NCBI GenBank assembly: GCA_951406725.2
Contig: OX597831.1
Location: forward strand, 63,922,001-63,986,000
Reading direction: 5' to 3'
Length of the DNA: 64,000 nucleotides
Source of the DNA: Octopus vulgaris
Lineage: Eukaryota
Shown: piece by piece, positions 54,718-64,000 of the stretch
Numbering within the stretch: position 1 is the stretch's first letter
How the letters are laid out: the number at the start of each line of letters is the position of its first letter
Notes under the pieces: model-generated
Told to the model about the DNA's origin: nothing
What the model saw: the letters and a program-made list of their open reading frames with translations, nothing else
The model's database searches: none
Position numbers and translations under genes: made by a program

Positions 54718-55123
54718 GGACCTATTCGGTTTGAACGGCAGTTTTTCTAGCGGTGTCATATGAAATTGTCACCCATAATTATGACCCTAGTATCGATCTA
54801 TTGCATTTCAATCTGTTTTAGGGTTAGGGTTAGGGGTGGGGGGAAGGTATCTTTTTTTCTTCACAAATGTACCCAATCTCTTTCTTAAACGAGGGACATA
54901 TTCATACGGCACAATGTTTTTTAACTCAATAGACGTCAGTGATTGGTTGAAATTGCAGAAATTGAAGAAAAAAAAAACAAATATCTTACAAATTATAGAA
55001 TTTTCTCAATACAGCCAAGAGAAAAAGATGTTTTATAAACACATTCTACCAGTATACGAAGTTTAAAATTTTTTAGTTACCTAGAAATTATGTTAAAAAC
55101 TGCCGGTCAAACCGAAAAGATTC
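54718..55123 (+). mobile_element. MITE copy 7
   Basis: Decayed TIR tips; TSD actacttc/actacctc. Confidence 0.9.
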
Positions 55124-55457
55124 ACTACCTCTAATACCCGCGAAAATACAAGAAAAAACTGTTTTCCGTTACACATTTCATATTTTATTTGCTTAGACTT
55201 GTTGACGATATTTCCTGCTCAAACTGTCTACGTGAAATACGCCCAACGAAGAATATTTAACAAAGCCAACGATTTGGCAGGTATAGAATTGGTGGATTAC
55301 ATCGATCCAGTACCTTGACTAAGGCTTGCATTTTTGTCAATTCTGAAAGGATAGAAGCTAAGTTGACTTCGCAATGATTCGAACTCAGGAAACAAGGAGC
55401 CGGAAGAGATACTGCAAAGCGTGTTGTCCGATCTCTAACGATACTACCAGTTTATAA

Positions 55458-56238
55458 GGCGGTGAGCTGGCAGAAACGTTAGCACGCCGGACGAAATACT
55501 TAGCGGTATTTTGTCTGCCGTTACGTTCTGAGTTCAAATTCCGCCGAGGTCGACTTTGCCTTTCATCCTTTCGGGGTCGATAAATTAAGTACCAGTTACG
55601 CACTAGGGTCGATGTAATCGACTTAATACCTATGTCTGTCCATGTTTGTGCGCTCTATGTTTAGCCCCTTGTGGGTAATAAAGAAATACGTATTTTGTCT
55701 GCCGCTACGTTCTGAGTTCAAATTCCGCCCAGGTCGACTTTGCCTTTCATCCTTTCGGGGTCGATAAATTAAGTACCAGTTACACACTGGAGTCGATGTA
55801 ATCGACTTAATCCGTTTGTCTGTCCTTGTTTGTCCTCTCTGTGTTTGGCCCCTTGTGGGTAGTAAAGAAATAGGTATTTTGTCTGGAGTTACGTTCTGAG
55901 TTCAAATTCCGCCAAGGTCGACTTTGCCTTTCATCCTTTCGGGGTCGATAAAATAAGTACCAGTTACGCACTGGGGTCGATGTAATCGACTTAATCCGTT
56001 TGTCTGTCCTTGTTTGTCCTCTCTGTATTTGGCCCCTTGTGGGTAATAAAGAAATAGGTATTTTGTCTGCCGTTACGTTCTGAGTTCAAATTCCGCCGAG
56101 GTCGACTTGGCTTCATCCTTTCGGGGTCGATAAATTAAGTACCAGTTACACACTGGGGTCGATGTAATCGACTTAATCCGTTTGTCTGTCCTTGTTTGTC
56201 CCCTCTATGTTTAGCCCCTTGTGGGTAGTAAAGAAACA
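55458..56238 (+). mobile_element. SINE family A tetramer (one full copy plus three 184-bp head-truncated units)
   Basis: Junctions at 55689, 55873 and 56057. Confidence 0.92.
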
Positions 56239-56247
56239 GATACTACT

Positions 56248-56400
56248 AGAAGAAGAAGAAGAAGAAGAAGGAAGAAGAAGAAGAAGAAGAAGAAGAAGAA
56301 GAAGAAGAAGAAGAAGAAGAAGAAGAAGAAGAGGAGGAGGAAGAAGAAGAAGAAGAAGAAGAAGAGGAGGAGGAGGAAGAGGAAAAGGAGAAAGTGAAGA
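56248..56400. repeat. (GAA/GAG)n microsatellite
   Basis: Direct reading. Confidence 0.95.
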
Positions 56401-57032
56401 AAAACAAGAAACGGAGAAAAAGAATGCACGTATTGTTTGAAAACATGGTACTTCAGTATAATTTCTGTTTAGATGACAAATGTTCTTTGTGAGTTCAGTA
56501 GCCACCAGTGGAATGGAAGGAGTTAATAGGACGACGATGACATCCGGATATTTCCATGGTGTTTTATTAGCTCAGACTCCCATTAGTGAATTAATTAAAA
56601 GATTACATGAAATACTATAAATATTATATGAACTTTTATTACACAATGGAAAATCTAATGAGATTAATTTCATAAATATTCCTTTCATCTTATATTCTCA
56701 ACGATCATTGTTCAGAGAGAAAGACTTTCATTCTACTCATCAAATAATTAGATCCTATCTCTATGTGTGCCTTTTGGCACGAACCAAAGTTTCTAGAAAT
56801 CAGTGGAACATTTGAGCAGTAGAGCACGAAGTAACGGTTTCGACTCGGAAGCTGTTTCTATATATATATCCAGCTTGAATGACAGGGTATAATTAAACAG
56901 CAGTTGCAAATTTTTTTCCCTGGTGGTCCCTTTTAGCAAACCAAAATTTTTCTGCGACCCCTCTTTTAAATACATCCCAGTACAACCTATAACATTTAGT
57001 ACTACTAATTGAAAAATATTCTTTAAGTTTTG

Positions 57033-57444
57033 GGATCTTTTCGGTTTGCACGGCATTTTTTTCTAGCGGTGTAATATGAAATTGTCACCCATAATTATGA
57101 CCCTAGAATCGATCTATTGCATTTCAATGTTTTAGGGTTAGGGTTAGGAGTGGGGGAAGTGTATCTTTTTTTCTTCACAAATGTAAATAAACCCAATCTG
57201 TTTCGTAAACGAAGGGCATATTCATACGGCACAGAATGTTTTTACCTCAATAGACGTCACTGATTGGTTGAAAATGCAGAAATTGAAGAAAAAAACAACA
57301 AATATCTTACAAACTATAGAATTTTCTCAATAAAGCCAAGAGAAAAAGATGTTTTATAAACACATTCTACTCGTATACGAAGTTTAAAAGTGTTTAGTTA
57401 CCTAGAAATTATGTTAAAAACTGCCGTTCAAACCGAAAAGATCC
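57033..57444 (+). mobile_element. MITE copy 8
   Basis: TIRs; flanked by a ~90-bp direct duplication. Confidence 0.93.
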
Positions 57445-57779
57445 CAATATTTTTCTGCGAATCCTCTTTTAAATATATCCCAGTACAACCAATAACATTT
57501 AGTACTACTCATTGAAAAACATTCAAGTTTTGTTTGCTATAAATATTAAATGTAGCATTTATGCTTATGGCTTATTCTATAACATATTTCATATTTACAT
57601 TTTATCAAATATTTCAAAATAATAAGCAAATGTTTTCGCAGTCCTTTTAAAATTTGAAAATTAGTCTTAAAGGTTTGAGATAATGCATGGATATATCCGT
57701 TAAGTCAGCTCTCTGAACAATTCAATATAATTGATTGCCATTTAATTGATTTTCTTATGTAAAATAAATCTTCTCAAAA

Positions 57780-57990
57780 TATTGGTTTCAAATTTTGGCA
57801 CAAGGCCAAAAATTTCGGTGGAGGAGGCAAGTAGATTACATCAATCCCAGTGCTCAACTGGTTCTTATTTTATCGACCCCGAAATGAGGGAAGTCGACCC
57901 CGACAGAATTTCAACACAGTACGTAAAGACGGACAAAATACCGCTAAGCTTTTTTCCCGGCATACTAGCAATTCTGCCAGCTTATCACCT
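57780..57990 (-). mobile_element. SINE family A variant
   Basis: Family signature. Confidence 0.75.
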
Positions 57991-58189
57991 TAAATTTTCT
58001 CAAAATATTAAATTGAAAATCTTAAAGTAGTTGTATATGTCAACTTAATGTGAGAGTCCCATGAAGGGAATAATACTACTGCTATTTAGCCCTAGGAAGC
58101 AGCAACGCTTCCTGTCGGTCTTGACACATTTCCAGTGTCCTTATGCTTGCAAGGGGGAGATAAGCACTTCCACCCAGCTAAGCCTGCAA

Positions 58190-58230
58190 CCAGAGACTAG
58201 TTTCTGAGTCTTTGCTCGTCATCAGTCTGG
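58190..58230 (-). ncRNA. minimal type-I hammerhead ribozyme
   Basis: ccaga CUGAUGA C GAG caaaga CUC A GAAA CUAG UC ucugg; perfect 5-bp helix I, palindromic helix III ACUAGU. Confidence 0.78.
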
Positions 58231-58619
58231 AGTAGCATGGCCTGCTAGTTGGAGATGCCTGTCTAGGCCTTGTAAACATATAAGAATTCTAATGAAATAC
58301 ATTCACTGATTACAAAAATAGAAATAATACATTTCTAAATATCTCAGAGAGATTTATACAGTAGTGGTACGATTTACTTGGATTTCTTACATTAGCAAAA
58401 ACTCAGATAGTTGTAATGAGAAGAGATTGAATTGACTCCAGTATGTGTCTACTACTTATTTACTTATTCATGAAGCCGGAGGTGGCATGAAAAAATACAA
58501 AGTCGACCCTGGAAGAAGCTAGAGACAAAAGCACAGCCAGCAGAAAATATAAATACTGTAAAGCATTTAGTTCAGTGCTTAAATATTTCAGCCGTTTTAT
58601 AAAATCAAAAATTGAGAAA

Positions 58620-58835
58620 CATTGGTTTCAAATGCGGGAACAAGGCAAGGCCAGCAAGTTCTGGGGAAGGGGTAAGTTGATTACATCGAACCCAGTGCTC
58701 AACGGGTATTTATTTAATCGACCCCGAAAAGATGAAAGGCAAAATCGACCTCGGTGGAATTTGAACTCAGAACATAAAGACGGACAAAATGCTGCATTTT
58801 GCCTGGTGTGCTAACGATTCTGCGAGCTCGCCACC
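58620..58835 (-). mobile_element. SINE family A variant
   Basis: Family signature. Confidence 0.78.
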
Positions 58836-59844
58836 CTAAGACTGAGAAATATTGAAGAGTCATATGTGCTGCTATTAATGTATATTAGGATAAGTTCAGA
58901 GAACTACATTTTCCGGTAGGAAGACAATATTAGAATCAATAGAGATCATGTGTTGTGTAGTAGAAAGGAAGTTAACAGCAAGATAGTTCCCGCATAACAG
59001 TTGAATTACACTATCCAAAGTAAATAGCAGAAAGCTACTTTGATTCCGGCTCTCAGAGATTGTGAAACAACGAGTTATATTCGGGAACATATAAGGATTT
59101 GAGAGAGATAGAGATAGAGAGATAAAGAGAAAAGAAGGAAAGTGAGAGAGACAGAAATGGGGGCAAAGAGCAGAATCAGAACAGTTTTTATATGTTTGTT
59201 TGATAGAAAGCCCTAGAAAGCTATCAATATAATCACTACATATAATCTTTTAATCCGATTAGAATTAGCATTATAACACTTAAACAATGCTATTTCTCAA
59301 GGCTCTCATCACTTTGAATATACAAAACAGAGTTCACAATGAAAAACCTAATAACTGAATCAGACTTATAACTACAATGTACGGCAGAAAAAACTCCCAT
59401 ATTTTACACTGACAAAAATTGAATCTGAGCCGTTGTTTTTGCCGCACTCTGTACAACCAGATTTCTCTTCAAGCAACGACTATGAGGACTAAACTTGCTC
59501 GTTGGGTCACACATCCGTGTGTGTATGTGTGTGTGTGTATGTGTGTGTGCATTTACATTTATAAAAGAGTGAGTACCCAATACATGTAATAAATTACTGC
59601 TGCCCTATATAGTCTGGATACTGTAAATGTAATGTACACTCTACGTAGCAGTGCAAGCTACTTTAGCCATTACTGCGTTGAGAAATCGGATATACTAGAT
59701 ATACTATAACTACTATATACTATATACTATATACTATAACTACGATTGAAATCGGTCAGGACAATTTCACTTTTCCCATCTAAGAATAAACTAGAAAAAA
59801 ATACGTTCCTTTATATTTATATTATATATAACATTTGTCTATAT

Positions 59845-60060
59845 TATTTCTTTATTGCTCACAAGGGGCTAAACATAAAAGAGACAAACAAGGGAAGATA
59901 AAGGGATTAAGTCGATTACATCGACCCCAGTGCGTAACTTGTACTTAATTTATCGACCCCGAAAGGATGAAAGGCAAAGTTGACCTCGGCGGAATTTGAA
60001 CTCGGAACGTAGCGGCAGACGAAATACCTATTTCTTTACTACCCACAAGGGTCTAAACAC
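59845..60060 (-). mobile_element. SINE family A multimer fragment
   Basis: 184-bp unit plus junction at 60028/60029. Confidence 0.85.
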
Positions 60061-60071
60061 GTATATATATG

Positions 60072-60113
<42 letters not shown>

Positions 60114-60124
60114 TGTGTGTTTGT

Positions 60125-60328
60125 GTGTCTGTGTTTGTCGCCCCAACATCGCTTGACAACCGATGCTGGTGTGTTTACGTCCCCGTAACTTAGCAGTTCA
60201 GCAAAAGAGGCCGATGGAATAAGTACTAGGCTTCCAAAGAATAAGTCCTGGGGTTGATTTGCTCGACTAAAGGTGGTGTTCCAGCATGGGCGCAATCAAA
60301 TGACTGAAACAAGTAAAAGAGAGTAAAA
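60125..60328 (+). mobile_element. SINE family C 3' part with CR1-like tail
   Basis: ..GGTGGTGTTCCAGCATGGGCGCAATCAAATGACTGAAACAAGTAAAAGA. Confidence 0.8.
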
Positions 60329-60376
60329 GGAAAACAGAGTAGGGCAATCATATTTGTATATGATTGAGGTAATATT

Positions 60377-60993
60377 AATTTCAAATTTTGGTAGAAGGCC
60401 TGCAAATTCGGGGTTTGGGGGTAGGTTGATTACATCAACACCAGTGCTTAACTATTGCTTATTTCATCGACCCCTAAAGGGATGAAAGGTAAAGTTGACC
60501 TCAGCAGAATTTGAACTCACAACGTTAAGACGGTCGAAATGCCGCTAAGCATTTTGCCCGGCGTGCTAACGATTCTTATTTCTTTACTGCCCACAAGGGG
60601 CTAAACACAGAAGAGGCAAACAAGGACAGACAATGGGATTAAGTCGATTACATCGACCCCAGTGCGTAACTGGTACTTAATTTATCGACCCCGAAAGGAT
60701 GAAAGGCAAAGTCGACCTCGGCGGAATTTGAACTCAGAACGTAGCCGCAGACGAAATACCTATTTCTTTACTACCCACAAGGGGCTAAACACAGAGAGGA
60801 CAAACAAGGACAAATAAACAGATTAAGTCGATTATATCGACCCCAGTGCGTAACTGGTACTTAATTTATCGACCCCGAAAAGATGAAAGGCAAAGTCGAC
60901 CTGGGCGGAATTTGAACTCAGAACGTAACGGCAGATGAAATACGGCTACGCATTTCGCTCCGGCGTGCTAACGTTTCTGCCAGCTCGCCGCCT
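60377..60993 (-). mobile_element. SINE family A variant plus dimer
   Basis: 60377-60575, and 60577-60993 with a junction at 60760/60761. Confidence 0.88.
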
Positions 60994-61359
60994 TTGATTG
61001 ATGCATGATATCGATATCTGGACGATAGATAACAGACGAGTGAGTGCCGTCATACTTCATCTGAGTATGATGGTGCTGGTGTGAATGGTTATATGTGTGT
61101 GAGCACATGGATATAAGGACATTAGCGCGCAATCATGTACGCGTGTGGATTGCTTTATACCATAGTTTATCAATGTAACTCTATGCATGTGCGCGCGCGA
61201 GTGTGTATGTAGGACGTTAATTGGAGCGACATTTGGATTCAGTCAATGAAATCCTATAACTAAAGAATTTGAATATGATTTCATTAAAGTATAATTATCT
61301 CTTGGACTGTTAGGAATTGGGTACATGTTTCACAACAGACAGGTAGACAGACAGGCAAC

Positions 61360-61953
<594 letters not shown>

Positions 61954-62907
61954 CTAGAGAATTAAATTAGTAATGGAGTGTATCTTTATACGTTTGTCTA
62001 CAATTTTCAGTAAAGCAGCTCTGTAATAATGAGAGTTTGATAAAGGCACGTGAAGACGCATAAAATCTTGTTACAGATCTCCTTATGCAGTCTTATAAAC
62101 TTAAATATAATTATCATTGGGATATACAATTTTCATGTCATTCTATCTTTTGTTTATGTATATGGTGGTGGAATTGTATGCTGGTGCATCTGTCTATCTT
62201 ATATGGAAGTTACTAAATGTAATTGTATATGGATGTAAGGTATTTATATCTTACCCCCATATTCCTTATAACAGTTCAAACCAATTCAATTTTGCATTTT
62301 TCATATGATTAATCATACTTGCGAAGCATTCATATCAGTTTCATGAACTTGCCTCGAGGCCATTTAAACTTCATGTTAAGATTTGCCTCTAATTAGCTAT
62401 CGACTCAAATAAGCTTACAACACCGTTCTGCGTGCACGAAATAGATAAGTTTCTTTATCGAAGATGAAATTTACAAAGTTAGGAACAGAAACAAGAATTC
62501 TGCAGTTGCCAAATTGAAAAGAAAGAACAGGAAAAACAAACTTGCACAGTGAATAAAGATAAATGCAAGAAAATTCAAGAAGTGTAGCAAAAAAATAATG
62601 TATTTGCAATATTATTTCATGAATAATGTCCATACCACAAAAAATAATTTTGTTAGAATTTTATGCACTTTCCTTAGTTTTCATAGCTGAGAATTTTTAT
62701 TTCTTTCAGTCGCCCAGGGGGCCATTATATTGAATCCATCCTTGGTGAGGTGTGGATTAAATGAGAAACGGTAGAAACGAAGACAGCTTGCAATACACTG
62801 CTGTTGTTATCTATGTTACTATTGCTATCATTATTGCTGCTGCTGTTACTACTACTACTGTTGCTGTTGTTGCTGCTACTACTGCAGCTGTTGTTGCTGC
62901 TGGTGCT

Positions 62908-63291
62908 TGTTTGTTTGTTAGTTTGTTGAGCGAAGCAGTCTTCGTCCCGTCTGTAGTGGGAGAAGTCCGAAACGTGGTCCTTTGCTATTCGTAAGACCCG
63001 CAGAAGAGAAAGCAGGTCAATCCCCGACACCGAGAGCATCGACGGATGGATGAATGTGCATCCAGGCTCAGCGGTTGCGTAGGAAGTCGGGGACAAGAAA
63101 CAGGAAGAAAGAGTGAGAGAAAGTTGGAACGAAAGAGTACAACAGGGGTCGCCACCACCCCCTGCCGGAGCCTCGTGGAGCTTTAGGTGTTTTAGCTCAA
63201 TAAACACACACAACGCCCGGTCTGGGAATCGAAACCGCGATCCTCTGATCGCGAGCCCGCTGCCCTAACCACTGGGCCATTGCACCTCCAC
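62908..63291 (-). mobile_element. tRNA SINE with family B head and a different 3' half
   Basis: GGAGGTGCAATGGCCCAGTGGTTAGGGCAGCGG head; ~13-bp TSD tgctgct(g/a)gtgct; (CAAA)n tail. Confidence 0.88.
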
Positions 63292-64000
63292 TGCTGCTAG
63301 TGCTACTGTTGTTGACGTTTAGTTCCTGGTCAACCTTGATCGATTATAACTAAATATATTCCAGTCGTGACCATCCATGTTTACATTATCCAGAGTATCC
63401 TTTCTTTTTAAAACGTTGGTGAAAGATTTCGCTGCTATTTCCAGTTGATCAAATGACCACAAAATGGTTCCATGGCTAGTTCGTGTTGCATCTCTTGATG
63501 GTGCTAACACAAACTTAATGATGACCTTTCAACAAGTTAATCACTTTGTATTTCATTACTGTCAAACCGCATCCCAAGGCACCTAACTCATACCTGAGAT
63601 AGAACCTACTAGAAATAGCAGCTATATTTGATTCATATCAAACACTACCGTCTTAAAGATGGAAGAGCACATTGAATAATATAGCTCAAGATATGTCAAC
63701 CAGTAAGAAACAAGACATGATAGCCACGGTTGGAACACCTTTGAGTATTAGTCTGCAAGTTACAGTAAAATCAGTGGTCCTTGTTTGCATTGTACATTAG
63801 AAATTTACAAGATGGTCACAGCTGAAGCGTCTTTGATTATTGGTTTTCTCTGACAGAGCTGAGTCGGAGTTAATAAGAGAAACAACAGCAAACAATTTAA
63901 TATTAAACGCTCAGCACTAATGGATAGAATTTCATTGGTTGACTTGAGCAACCCAGGAAATCGCACTCACAGATTACATAGGAAAAAGTACACATGCAAA

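Overview
This is AT-rich, microsatellite-dense eukaryotic DNA with no recognisable host protein-coding exon. The SINE families and repeat landscape suggest an Octopus or other coleoid cephalopod intron or intergenic region (inference). It contains a near full-length Penelope-like retroelement with direct terminal repeats (5065-9864), two CR1-like LINEs, R4/Dong-like and RTE LINE fragments, and two Tc1/mariner relics. There are also eight copies of a GG..CC-ended MITE with 8-bp TSDs and TTAGGG hexamers, many tRNA-derived SINEs (some in 184-bp multimers), and a 2.1-kb doubly palindromic 33-bp minisatellite. The most notable signals are about nine minimal or variant hammerhead ribozyme motifs (U3-A8 cores, a recurrent C.A at the base of helix II, extended helix II), in-frame -1 slippery heptamers at the ORF overlaps of two unrelated retroelements, a LINE-SINE shared 3' tail, and a MITE flanked by a ~90-bp target duplication. 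Many ORFs in the supplied track are microsatellite or repeat read-throughs.
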